Positions 24,231-36,321 of a stretch of DNA of 64,000 nucleotides are shown piece after piece. The stretch is from Octopus sinensis (lineage: Eukaryota), in assembly GCF_006345805.1 (NCBI RefSeq), contig NW_021835988.1:186001-250000 (forward strand). The letters run 5' to 3'. Numbering within the stretch: the first letter of the stretch is position 1; every line of letters begins with the position of its first letter. A program made the position numbers and the translations under genes. Under the pieces are notes generated by a model, which did no database searches, was not told the DNA's origin, and saw only the letters and a list, made by a program, of their open reading frames with translations.

Positions 24231-27200
24231 CAAATACATGATTCTTCAAACCAATAATTAATTATAAAATTAAAGGATCAAGGAATCAATAAACATAGAA
24301 ATAATGAAAAAAACCATAAATAACAAGTAAAAACTATTCATCACAGAAAAATATAAAATAAATATTTTTTAGATATAGAAAATGTATAAAAATATGAGAA
24401 ATCAATTAAAATGTTTCAGTCATTATTAATAATGTTTATAGAATGATTAAAAATACATGATTCTTCAAACCAATAATTAATTATAAAATTAAAGGATCAA
24501 GAAACCAATAAACATAGAAATAATGAAAAAAACCATAAATAACAAGTAAAAACTATTCATCACAGAAAAATATAAAATAAATATTTTTTAGATATAGAAA
24601 ATGTATAAAAATGGGAGAAATCAATTAAAATGTTTCAGTCATTATTAATAATGTTTATAGAATGAATAAAAATACATGATTCTTCAAACCAATAATTAAT
24701 AATAAAATTAAAGGATCAAGGAACCAATAAACATAGAAATAATGAAAAAAACCATAAATAACAAGTAAAAACTATTCATCACAGAAAAATATAAATACAT
24801 CAACCACAAAAAGTAATGACAAACTACACGTCATATAATACGTTATTTTAGGAATTAAATAAAATCTTGAAATTTTAAAAAAAATAAAATTATAATTTTA
24901 GTTATTTGCATTCAAATTACACTGTTTCAAATTATTTGTCATTGTCTCCTCATTATAATAAACTTTGGAAAAAAATCAGATAGATAGTGTGCTTCTATAC
25001 TGAAACATCAATTCTCATTCTGATTAACGAGGTTACTTGATTATCTTTTAGCAGTTGTACGAGGACAATGTTGCCAGATAAGCTATTTAAATTAAACGTG
25101 TTTATTTTATTTTTTGATTATTGATTTTTTTCAAATTGGCTCTAAAATTTTTATTTACCAAAAATGGCCAATTTGCAAGGGTTCGCTGTATCGATATTTT
25201 TCATCCCTATCAAAAAATCGATTTTTGTATATAAAGAATCAACATTGATCCCAGACTTTATGAAGTTTATCTCTAATCCAGAATTTATATGTGAGGTACA
25301 GAAAAGTCTGCGAGCTAACTTGAGTTATCAAACATGCTCCAGTTATTCTCATACGATATTTGACCGCACTATACAATGCAAACTGGAGACTTGGGTATGT
25401 ACCGGACTCTTGGAAAAAGTATGACGTATGATTCCAAACCCTGGAAAAATGAAGGACCATGCAGAGAACTATCGGTCAATAAACCTAATATGCTCCGTCT
25501 TTAAAATTATGGAACGGATTGTCTTCACAAGGCTTTCGAACTTCGTAGAGGAATCAGGTACACTTGCAGCGGAGCAGTGGGGATTCCGACGAAAAAGATC
25601 CTACGGGAATTGTTCTATATGGCTACATACAAGTCCTCATCTATATGGCTTGGAAATGGAAATAACTCACCGCGCAATGAAGGATTGGCATGTTTTCTTC
25701 AGGATCGGAATATTTTCTTTTCCAGCGAAGAACTGGTCTCAAGGTGCCCTCATTGTAAAGCGGCGAAGAAAACAGTGGATCATCTGGCCACTAGATGTGA
25801 ACGTATGCTGTATCTTGACTACACGAGACGTCATAATGAAGGTGTACGCTGTTTGCATCTCCATTTTTGTCGTCTTTATGGATTGAAGAATCAGAAAAGG
25901 TTGAAGACACATTCAGTGCAGGAGGTTATATCGAATGAAAGAGTTGAGGTACGGGTAGACACTCGAATCGAGACTGATTCTACCGTTCGTTATAAGAAAC
26001 CTAAATTAATTAATAAACATTAATAAAAAATTTAATAAGCTGAAAAAAGCAGATCTATTTATCGATACTATCCGATTTACTATTAAGAATTACTTGGAAC
26101 ACTACAATGTACTGCGTTTGGTTATTCCAGGCGGAGATGTACAATTACTACCAGTCATACCGACCATCACCAACTCTTCAAGTAGCCAACAAACCGGAGG
26201 CACAACGACGAAAGGTCGTGGAGTGTTTGATGGAAATAAACGACAAGATTGTTAGACAGATTCGCCTTTTCGTGGATGTCCCTTCTTTCTAATCGGTTCG
26301 TTCTTGCCCGATTTCTCCGTAACCTGTCACTCTGCTCGTCAGTCAGTTTCTTCTTCATCATCATTTCGCTAGACGTTAGGACTTGCTTAAACTGTAGTTT
26401 AAATTTAGCGATTTTTCCTAGATAATTTATTAATAATCACTGTAATTCAAAAAAAGTTATTACTAGGGCAACCAAAAAATAGCAAAATTTTTGAAAAAAA
26501 TAGCAAATTTTTTATTTAAATAAATATAACAAAATAATTTTATTACTATCATATTTATTATTTATGGTATTTTTATTAAATTATATTTAATAGCATTTTA
26601 TAGCATTTGGTTGCCTTTAAAAACAAATTTATTTAACGATAGGAAAATAATCTGCTAATTTCCCTCCGGTTGCTGATTTTTTCATTTGCATTCCTAATAT
26701 TTTTCTGGAATTATAACAATCTTTCAAAGCTTCATGAAACAAATTGAAAACGTTTTCTTCATGTTTATTCATTGCTGTTATTGTTTCCGAAAAAGAATAG
26801 GTAAATGTTACTTCGTCGTGTATATTCTCGTCGTAATTTTCTACTTCATTTTCAGTAATTATATCTTTAATCGAATCGAGATGGTTTTTTGAGTGGATAT
26901 CCCTTACGACAGTACTCTTTCACGATCGCGTCAGCCTCTCGCCCAGTAAATCATCAGCCCTTTAATTCATTAATATCTTGAATTATGTTATCTAAAATGT
27001 CCAATTTATTATTCACCAATGAGAAAGTTTGAAAAGGACATTTATCAATTTTCTTCCAACAATTAGTAATAAATTAAGAAGACAAATATTTATTTAAATA
27101 GAGACTGTTAGTGGAGGGTAGATTACCTACGGCATTCCTGCCTTTTCAGTCCCGCACACACGCTCACCTCTCAGCCGCAAACTAAGACTTACCGCCTTAC

Positions 27201-30018
27201 CTGCCACCCAGACATTATCTTCTCTAGGACCTCAGGGAGCCCTTTGAGGGATAATTCCTAGGTGTCCGAGAGCTCCTCTCGTCATCCTAAGCCATGTGCT
27301 AGCCGGATGGTTCGTCTTCTGACTTTCTTAAGCGCGTCAACGTACTTTTCCCTGTTCTCGCAGAAGTGCCAGGCATGTACGCCATAGATCAACACGGGTA
27401 ACACCATGGCGTTAAACACGCGTAGCCAGGCACCTCTCCGCAGGCGGAAAGCACGCAACGTGCCCAGTCGCTGCAGTGCACGCATTTTGGTACGTGCAAT
27501 GTGATCATCAACTTACCGGACGATAAGGTAAAAATTATAATTATTTAAATCCAAATTAGTAAATTTATTGAAGTGGAAAAAATATCTTATCATGATAATT
27601 TTTGGTTCCAGCTTCCTTCTCTTTGCTATCGATCCGCCTCCTTCCGCCAGATTAATGGGTCGGAATACAGCATCTGTATCCTTGACAGGTTCCTCTGATG
27701 TCTCCTGGTGGCTGCTTCCTTTATTTAGTTGTTCATTGATTGCATGCTTCGCCGTTGTAGTTAAGTGTTTGTACTCTTTTTAGTTTTGTTGAATCATTTC
27801 TTTGTTGAAAATGTTAAACCAAGTAATAAATGTATCACATCAAACAATTTTTAGAAAATGAATATAAAACTCCGTTTTATTCAGGGTTAAAATTTTTCAT
27901 ACAACGTGGGGATTTATATTTTCCTATACTTTTTGACTATATCTCGTTCGCAAGGACGGTAAACTCAAAAGAGTCCGGAATACGCTAGTACTTGATCTCA
28001 GAAACTCGCAAGAGCTTTCCATGTCATCAAAAAAGACAAAGATTATATTTCATGACTGGGAACCCACTTTTGGGTGGTTTTCGTTACGCTACGTTGTCTG
28101 GAAGCAACTCTTCTAATAACTTTGATTGGCTTCATTCGGTGGTGTGATGTATCTGAATTGTAGGTGCTGTTCCCCTTGTAAAGGACTAGGCCATTTGTGG
28201 GTCATGTTGGGCTTTTGGTACTATTAGAGCGTTCGGTTCACATTATTGCACTGTGACTAATCGCTCAGTTCAGTTTTAAGAACAGTACCTGGTGGATTGT
28301 TAATCGAGTAAAGGCAATAGCCGGTGTTTTGGTGGACTCGATGTCAATTCATATTCTTCGTATAGTTGTTCTCATTGGCTTCTGCGGAACAAGAATTCTC
28401 TTCCAAAAACTTTTTTCATTAGTAAAACAGATTTGCTCCATAATGCTCATGGAGCAAAAAAAGTTGCTGAAAGGCTCGTTGCAAAAAAAGGAACAAGTAG
28501 CTACGACTCATTTATTCTTTTTGTTTTGTATTATTTATCTTCAAAGCTTCTGTTCACTTTTGAAAAAACTTGTTTGTACTCAAGCCTAAAGATACATCAA
28601 ATAAATATCATTGAAACTGCAGTTTAATTGAAAAATATTTTTGGACCTCTTTGTACTGTTTAGAATGTTATAAAAATGCATGGACCTATGCGTATTGTGA
28701 AGCTTACCAAAGAAATTCTTGAAAAAATCAAAAAAATCAGAGAAAACCAAGAAGAAAACAACGATTTAGGCTAAAACAGCTTGCGATATGCTTTGAAAAT
28801 GGAAATGAATTCTTTATTAAGATTGCGGTATTTCGCAGAGGATGACATTGTGTTCAAGCTTAAATGCATTGAGGTATTGGATTAATTAACATTAATTAGG
28901 CGGAATATAATTATAATCATTTTGGTAGAGATAGACTGTTTAGCAAGCTAAAGACCAAGTATTATGGTTTGACTAGGGATGAAATTGCAGGAGTAATTAA
29001 TAAATGTGTTCATTGCCAGGTAAATATTAAGGTTTAGGGTTAGTTGTTTAAGATTTGGTTAGGATTTGAGTTAGGGATAGGGGTGGCCAAAGCCCGCATA
29101 GAGTTAGGGATTAGGGTTAGGAGCAGGCGAAGCTTTTATATGGAATCTAGAATTTTTTCTATTTTCTAATGTAAATTTTAATTATTATCTCAATTTTAAC
29201 CGATTTTTTACAATTTTAAATCAATATTTTTCAATGGTTAACCAAAAATCAAATAGACTTCTCGATAATCAATAAAGGCCGTTGATGTCAGTGGGATGTT
29301 GGTTTTTTCGAGATCCTGCTTTTTTCAACAGGTACCAAAATTATTAAAAATGTGTTTAAGGTGAGACTTGAAAAAAATTAACGTTATTTTATATGTGAAT
29401 ATTGCTCAAAAATGAAATTTTGAAAGTATTCATTTATCCGACTGTGACAAATTATAATTGAATTACGTATATAATTTTCAATTTTTTGTGAATAATCGGA
29501 GGTGCAAAATTTCTATTACTCACCAAATTCTAAATCTCGCCAAGATTTGGCCGGTCTCAAAAATGCCGAGATTTAGAGGTTTGACAATATCGTCGTGTTG
29601 GCACAATTAAAAAAATTTAAATTTCCATCATTTTTTGATAAAATTATCCTAATCAAAGTAAAATCAAAGAAAAAGAGATTTGTCCAATTATTTTGATTCT
29701 CCATATAAAATTTTAAAAAGCAAAGAATGCATCTTTTGACAGCTATGGCGACTTTTGTTGTTTATGTCAACTACAATGGGTCTCCTTATAAAACCCCAGA
29801 AAGGTTAAAAACCAAAAATGTCTGTTCATGTGACATGGAAACTAGTTACGCATGAAAACTGATTACATGTGAAACGTGTGGGTAAACTAATTAAATATTT
29901 AAATTAATTTCTCAGTTAAGAAATACCTACAATAAATATTTCAATTGCTATCAGATAATTAATCTCATTAAACATGATGTTACTAACCTCGAAATCCAAA
30001 TTTACAGAAACATACAGT

Positions 30019-33000
30019 TGTTGTTGTTGTTGCATAACCCCGGTCTCACATTAGGGTATGAGACCGGCGGCTAGCAGAAACAACAGCGCCTTCGCGGGTT
30101 GCTCCCAAAGGACCTCGGGGGAGTGGACAGCAAATTTCCTGCGGACAGGGAGGAGAACAGGGCAGCGGAAAAGGTGGTCAGTTGAGTGATCTTCGGCACA
30201 GCAGAGGTTGCATACCGGGGAGATCACGGCGTTCAATGAGTGAGCGTAGGAGTTTAGTGAGTGGTGGTGGCCCGAGCGGAAACGAGCAAGGTTGATCTGA
30301 GCGGAACGCTCCAGAAGCATTTCGGAGGGGTGAACTTCTGGAGGAAGTTTGTTGAGGACAGAGTTAGGCTTCAGCCTTAGAATGGACGACGTTGAAATGA
30401 AGTCGTGGATTTTTTTCATTGGCTGTGAACATTGGTTTAGGCCATTGATTTTGGCAAGTACCCGGGAGTATTGTTTGGCAGGCGTGTTCTTCAATGCACG
30501 GCCGTTGTCATTTAGCGTGTTTAGGGCAGTGCAAGGGTGGTAGAATTTTCGCGAAGCGAATAGGAATTCTGCTCCTCTCATGTTTAGATGTTCCTCTATC
30601 GGGAGGAGGTTGGTTTCACAGTGCAGATGGTCGATGGGTGTTGATTTCAGGCACCCGGATATGATGCGCATGGCTTTGTTTTGAATTGATTGGAGAGCCA
30701 AAGAGGAGCTCATAGATAGACAGGGAGCCCAACTCGGACTCGCGTAGCTTAGGACAGGGCGAATGTATTGTTTATACACACGTTTGAGAAGTGGTTTCTG
30801 CGCACCAGTGATGTGACCACTTATTGCTTTCAGGATATTTGTACGCCTGTTAGCCTTGTCAGAGATCTTCGAGACATGTTTGTTGAAGGACATCGTTGGG
30901 TCGAAGGTTAGTCCGAGAACAGTGGGGTGTTTTGATAGTGGGAGAACAGAGCCAAAGAGAGATAGGTTGGGATGTATGTTTGATTGTCTTCTGTCGGAAG
31001 ATAATAGGGTGACCGAGGACTTGGAGGACGAGGCCTCGAGCCTGTTTTCTCTGAGCCAATTCTCAACGGAGTGGAGTTGTTGCTGAAGGTTGAAGGAGGC
31101 AGCTTTGTAGTCTTCGTGTTTTGAGGCAATAATAATGTCGTCAGCGTAAGATAGTGTCAAGTTGTTAGGGTCGTTTGCCGGGAAGTCATGCAAGTAAAGA
31201 TTGAACAGGGATGGAGACAGCACGGAGCCCTGCGGTACCCCGTTTGGAAGATAGCGTTGTTTGGAACAATGGTCCATGAGGGAGACGTAGCCCATGCGGC
31301 CCGATAAGAAGTTAGCAAGCCAGGATTTGTAGTTTGAGTTTAGGCCGGTCATGAGAATTTTCTTGGTGAGACCGCAACGGGGGACGCTGTCAAAAGCTTT
31401 AGATATGTCGATGGAAGCTAGAACTGTTCGTTTAGGGGGCCTCTTCTCATTGAAGCCGTCCAGGACGAACTGGGAAAGCGTTGTTAAGTGAGTGGTTGTT
31501 GAGTGCAGTGGTTTGAAGCCATGTTGGGTGTGGGATGTTGGTAAGTGCTTCGAGACTCGTGAAAGGATTAGTCTTTCGAGGATTTTAGATAGCGTGCACA
31601 AAAGAGAGATTGGGCGGTAGGAGCTTGGAATGCCAGCCGGTTTGTTCGGTTTGATTAACGGGATGATACGTGATTTTTTCCAAAGAGATGGAATTTCGTT
31701 TTTTACCACGGAATTGTTGAAAATAGATACTATAGCGTTGATGGCGTTAGGGCCAAGTCTTTTAAGGTGGTGGATAGAAATGTTGTCAGGCCCCGTGGCG
31801 GGGGAATTCTTCGAGTTTTTTATACACTGCGAAACTTCGTCTGCAATAAAAGGCGGTAAGGATTCCGTGCGAGGTAAGCTCCTCCGAGATTTGGCGACCT
31901 TCCGATCGTTTTTGTTTGAGGTTTTGTGGCTTAAGGAGGCGTAGTAGTTCATGAGCGAGTTTGCCTCCTGAACCGGATTCAGTGGGATGTTTGAGTTAGA
32001 AGTGGCAGATTCATGGGACTTGGGCTTTTCATAAATCAGATCATTCATGTCCTTCAGGGTCTTCCAGATTTTGGAGCTGTTAGATCTGTAGTCGATTGAG
32101 GTGATAAATTCGGTCCACTTAGAATCTGCGTGCAGGTTAATGGCAGCGGTGATTTGTTTGTTTAGGTTAGACAATTCAATGGAGGACTCGGCAGAGTGCC
32201 TTGATGTCTGTTTCAGCTTGTTGCGAGTCTTTATAAGGGATTTCACTTCGTGGCTGTAATTAGGGCGGAACTTTTCAATTTTTCCTTGGGGGATGAATTT
32301 TTTGGAGGTGGAAATGATGAGAGCATTAAGGTGATTGACTGCTGCATCAGTCGAGCGAAAGCTGTTGATGTTGAAATCGTTCAGAGAGTTTTCTAGGGCA
32401 AGGCGGTATTCGTCCCAGGAAGCTCTTTTGTAGTTAGTGTAACAGCGGCGTTGTAGGTCAATGTTAGATTTTAGAGCATTCTCGATTATGATTGGGTTAT
32501 GGTCACTGGTTAGGTCATAAACCACCTTCCAGGAGGTAACGGAGGCCAGAATAGGAGTACACAGTGAGATGTCGGGAGAGGAGATTGCGTCGCCATATCT
32601 TGACGGGGTTCTGGTATGGGATGAGGAGTTGTTGAGGATGACCAGACCGTCAAGTTGATCAAGTATAAGAGTTCCTCTTGAGTTGAGGCATTGATTTTTT
32701 AGCCAAATCGGGCTCTTTGCGTTCATATCGCCGCAGATAAAGACATTACTGAGGGACTGGAGGTTTTGTATTGAAGGGGTCCAACCGTGAGGACAGGATG
32801 AACACGGAGGGATGTACATGTTGATCAGCCTTCTGGTTGAGCGCCCTGTAGAGACCGTTATGGCCGTCAGCTCAATTACAGGGTCGTTATCGATTAGTGA
32901 GTAAGCTTGTGATGTACAGTTAGAGAAAGGGATTGATTTTCTGATAAGGGTTAAAAGGCCCCCGCCATTTACGGAGTTCGGTCTGTCTCGCCGGATGTAT

Positions 33001-33344
33001 GAGTAACCCGGGAAATCGGGCAGACGGTTTTTGGGCGAGAGCTTCGTTTCCTGCACCAAAGCAATGTCCACATCGTACTTCTCCATGAAGGAACAGAGTT
33101 CAGTGGTCTTGTGGGCGATCCCATTAATGTTTACTTGCAGGATACGAAGTAGGTTCTTCCTGGCGGGTCCAGGGTTTTGTTCGATGTCTCCGGAGAGGAG
33201 AAGGGCGAGTTGGGAGTGTAAAAGAGAGGTCCTTGGGAGCAACGGCTTCGCGCCTGCTCTGCTGCCACCGACGTCACGGAAGGTATCCGATCCGACAGGG
33301 GGGAGGTTGTGGGTCTTTTGGTAGTTAATTCCATGAGAAACTAT
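30019..33344 (-). mobile_element. Apparently intact single-ORF APE-type non-LTR retrotransposon with (CAA)n tail and 8-bp TSD CATACAGT
   Basis: TSD at 30011-30018 and 33345-33352; (CAA)n tail just inside the left TSD; visibly GC-richer than the flanks. Confidence 0.93.
30051..33344 (-). CDS. 2A-like peptide + APE endonuclease + reverse transcriptase + C-terminal CCHC finger
   Basis: Stop-free frame. GDIEQNPGP; ILQVNING, VQETK, GDMNAK, SDHNPI (APE); YRPISLL, IDISKAFD, GVPQGSVLSP, YADD (RT); C..C..DHLFRC. The ORF-track start at 33359 lies outside the element. Confidence 0.93.
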   Translation of the reverse strand: MVSHGINYQKTHNLPPVGSDTFRDVGGSRAGAKPLLPRTSLLHSQLALLLSGDIEQNPGPARKNLLRILQVNINGIAHKTTELCSFMEKYDVDIALVQETKLSPKNRLPDFPGYSYIRRDRPNSVNGGGLLTLIRKSIPFSNCTSQAYSLIDNDPVIELTAITVSTGRSTRRLINMYIPPCSSCPHGWTPSIQNLQSLSNVFICGDMNAKSPIWLKNQCLNSRGTLILDQLDGLVILNNSSSHTRTPSRYGDAISSPDISLCTPILASVTSWKVVYDLTSDHNPIIIENALKSNIDLQRRCYTNYKRASWDEYRLALENSLNDFNINSFRSTDAAVNHLNALIISTSKKFIPQGKIEKFRPNYSHEVKSLIKTRNKLKQTSRHSAESSIELSNLNKQITAAINLHADSKWTEFITSIDYRSNSSKIWKTLKDMNDLIYEKPKSHESATSNSNIPLNPVQEANSLMNYYASLSHKTSNKNDRKVAKSRRSLPRTESLPPFIADEVSQCIKNSKNSPATGPDNISIHHLKRLGPNAINAIVSIFNNSVVKNEIPSLWKKSRIIPLIKPNKPAGIPSSYRPISLLCTLSKILERLILSRVSKHLPTSHTQHGFKPLHSTTTHLTTLSQFVLDGFNEKRPPKRTVLASIDISKAFDSVPRCGLTKKILMTGLNSNYKSWLANFLSGRMGYVSLMDHCSKQRYLPNGVPQGSVLSPSLFNLYLHDFPANDPNNLTLSYADDIIIASKHEDYKAASFNLQQQLHSVENWLRENRLEASSSKSSVTLLSSDRRQSNIHPNLSLFGSVLPLSKHPTVLGLTFDPTMSFNKHVSKISDKANRRTNILKAISGHITGAQKPLLKRVYKQYIRPVLSYASPSWAPCLSMSSSLALQSIQNKAMRIISGCLKSTPIDHLHCETNLLPIEEHLNMRGAEFLFASRKFYHPCTALNTLNDNGRALKNTPAKQYSRVLAKINGLNQCSQPMKKIHDFISTSSILRLKPNSVLNKLPPEVHPSEMLLERSAQINLARFRSGHHHSLNSYAHSLNAVISPVCNLCCAEDHSTDHLFRCPVLLPVRRKFAVHSPEVLWEQPAKALLFLLAAGLIP

Positions 33345-33348
33345 CATA

Positions 33349-34313
33349 CAGTAAACCAAAATAAAAAACGAACACTACATTTTTCCTAAAATTTCCAAGA
33401 AACGAATCAAAAAAATATCTAAATAGAATTTTAGCAATATATAAACAATAACTAATATTTTTATTTTTGCAAAAAAAATATATTTACCGCCTTTTTACGG
33501 CAAAAGTGTAATCTGAACCAAAATAAAAAACAAACAAAATTTTTTATTTGTAAATGTTATTAAATATATGATTTTTTTTAAAAATTATTAATATTTGGGA
33601 CGCTATAATAACTTATTATCGCCAGACAATTGAGTTTTGAAGAAAAGGGAACAATTATCGGTATTTGCAAATGCGGAAAGACGTATCGCGAAATACAACG
33701 TATAACTAAAAGATCACTTCATACCATATCGAAAACAATTCGAAAATATAAACAAAATATTCCATGCACAAGAAAATATGGTTCTGGTCGTCCCCGGCTC
33801 CTAAATGAAGAAGATTTTAAAAAATTCAATAAGGCAAGGATTGAAGATCCAAATTTTAATTGCGTAAAATATGCGAAGGCACTGAAAGAAGAAACTGGGA
33901 AAAATGTAACACCTGAAACAATCAGAAATACACTAAAACAAAGAGGTTTCAAAGCATTTCCGCCTACTAAAAGACCACATCTTACTAAAAAACACAAAGA
34001 ACGAAGAATGGAAATCTGTCAAAGATGGAATATGCTACCATCTACTTATTGGAATCACGTTATATTCAGCGACGAATGCAAATTCAACTTAGTAAACAAC
34101 GACGGACAAAGATTTGTATAGAGACAACAATCCGAAAAGTTTGTTTCACGTAATATTACTGAACCGTAAAATTTGGAAAAGAAAGTGTGATGATATGGGG
34201 TGCATTTACGTCTGAATATTTTAGTAATCTGGTTTGGATAAAAAAATAATGAATGGATCATTGTATGTTAACATTTTGGCATACAATTTGTTGCCATTTC
34301 TGAAAAAAATAGG
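33349..34313 (+). mobile_element. Tc1/mariner transposon, 3'-truncated
   Basis: Begins TA|CAGTAAACCAAAATAAAAAAC at the TA that is empty in copy 1 (12736-12737). ORF 33630-34121 has HTH, GSGRPR, KRPHLT and VIFSDECKF; IWGAF follows; second D and E motifs and right TIR are lost. Confidence 0.9.
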
Positions 34314-35920
34314 ATTGATAATGCAAAGACTTTTGACACGACGCCTTAAATAAGAAGTATTTTGATCAAATATATATTTCAGAATTGGTTTCGGAAACTA
34401 AAAATGGCATTTTATATTTCAGAAATGGTTTTATTTATGCTTGTAAAAAATGAACTTAAAAAATTTAATTTGAAGTACCGATTAAAAAAACCGATTAAAA
34501 AAACTAAATAAAGATACAGATTATTGTTTCAATAATAATTATAAACTATTTTTCATTAATTATTGTTTAATTATTTTTAATGGCAAACCAAATAGATTAT
34601 GACCTCTCTAGATACGGTTTCTCTAGCGAAAGTCAAAATCATTCTTGTTTGTTTCCTCGTCTTGATAAACTTAGGCCATTATTATGTCACTATTCTTCTA
34701 TTTTTGCAATATGAGATTTTACTTTTTTCTAACATACTATTGCTTATTTATCCCTGAGTCAAGTATCATAATATCGTCAGCATAAATAATCATTTTGGTG
34801 TTTTTGATATAAACATTATGCTTTTGTATATTATCATAACCAATAAAAATGTCATTATTTCCATAACTTTGACGCATCGTATCTGCAAATATCATTTAGA
34901 AATGTATCTACTTAAAAAATCATCTTTTTTTAAAAATGTCACTCACGGAAATAATGCCTCCATTTTGTTTGCAATGCGTTTTTGCTTGAAAATATGTTTT
35001 TTACCGCTGTTACATATGTATAACATGCATAATTAAAACATTCTATTAATTTTATGATGTATTTATAATAATACTGGGAACTGACATTCGGCCGAGTGAC
35101 CAAAGTAATAATACAGCAGTTAAAATGATTCAACAATAATTGTTAAGGCATCTAAATAACAAGTTAGGAAATTAAAAAACTGATTCGACGAGAAACAATC
35201 TAATTCAAATATATTATTTTTTCAGATATGCAAAGTTTAAGAAATTGATATAAATTTGAACTTTCGCGTCTTTTTGAGCTCTTTCTGTCTTTTCTGCAGG
35301 TTTTTTCTCGTTCCAATACATAGCAGCAATTTTCGCTTTGGCTTTCAGTGTTTGTAAAAAATTCTTACTCTAAGGTTAGCTCAGAATGTACTATTTACCT
35401 TGTAAATCAATGATAATTTACTGAGAGCCTGTCGTATTTATACATCCTTCAATAATTTCTGAAATGTGATTCCAACCTTATTTGAAGTTATAGTTCTTGT
35501 CTTATTTATCAATAAAATATCTGGCGTGTATCTCCACAAATTAATTAGCTGCTATAGATTTCAAGAAATGTGTCTTGAGTCTGTTTATATCGTATCGTCG
35601 ACAAAAATACATATGAATCTATCAACGTACTCCGTTATGTCTTCGCACGTAATCACTATTGAGCATTCGATCACAGTTTGTATTCAAATCGTTTACGTTT
35701 TTTGCTCGACTGTTTGTAAAATAAAATAGCAAATAGTCTACAATTTTGATTCAATTGTCTTAATTACAATATAAATATTTGTTCAGCCTATTTCATTCTA
35801 TTAAAGAGTAAAATACATTTATACGGAATGAAAGTAAAATACATTTTATAATTTTTAAATATTATGAAAGTAATGAAAAGGAAATATCAAGCTTGAATTA
35901 TAAGCTTGACTAAAATTAAA

Positions 35921-36321
35921 TCAAAGAAGGGTATTTAAAAAACGGTTTATTTTTTCAAAAATAAACCCTGTAACACTAAGTTGTTTGACAATGCATCTTC
36001 TGCATATTGTATGTCTACACTTGGGTAAGATTAGTGAATGTCGTTGTTTCTCGTTGTAAATACGATTACAAGAACAACAGATTCCGGAATTCTTTTGTTC
36101 AACGTATGAGGAATCAGATGAGGAATTAAACCTAATCGGTGATTTGCTATTTTCCCTTTCCTCAGTGGGAGATTCTTGAGATTTGACTTCATATCCGTTA
36201 AAAGGGTTGTAAGAATTGGAGGTACTCGAAGACAATTCGCTATTTTTGATAAAAAATACCTTTGTTGTTGAAAAGATTCTTCTGATTTGGATTTCGACGT
36301 TCCACCATTTTCTGATGACAT
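35921..36321 (-). CDS. Host-like RING-HC finger gene with a 20-nt intron; 3' structure unresolved
   Basis: Intron GTATTTTTTATCAAAAATAG (36240-36259) joins MSSENGG..QQQ to SELSSSTS... Motif CCSCNRIY..LILPKCRHTICRRC. The last Cys pair was not found. Confidence 0.65.

Larger units (their letters stand above)
17282..35776 (+). repeat. Copy 2 of the segmental duplication, interrupted at 30015-34313 by LINE + Tc1
   Basis: Direct sequence match to 1-12737 and 12909-14371. Confidence 0.97.

Noticed and set aside
33345-33359. ORF-track start codon of the 1102-aa protein
   Set aside because: It lies in the TSD/Tc1 TIR outside the retrotransposon, so it is a chance in-frame extension.
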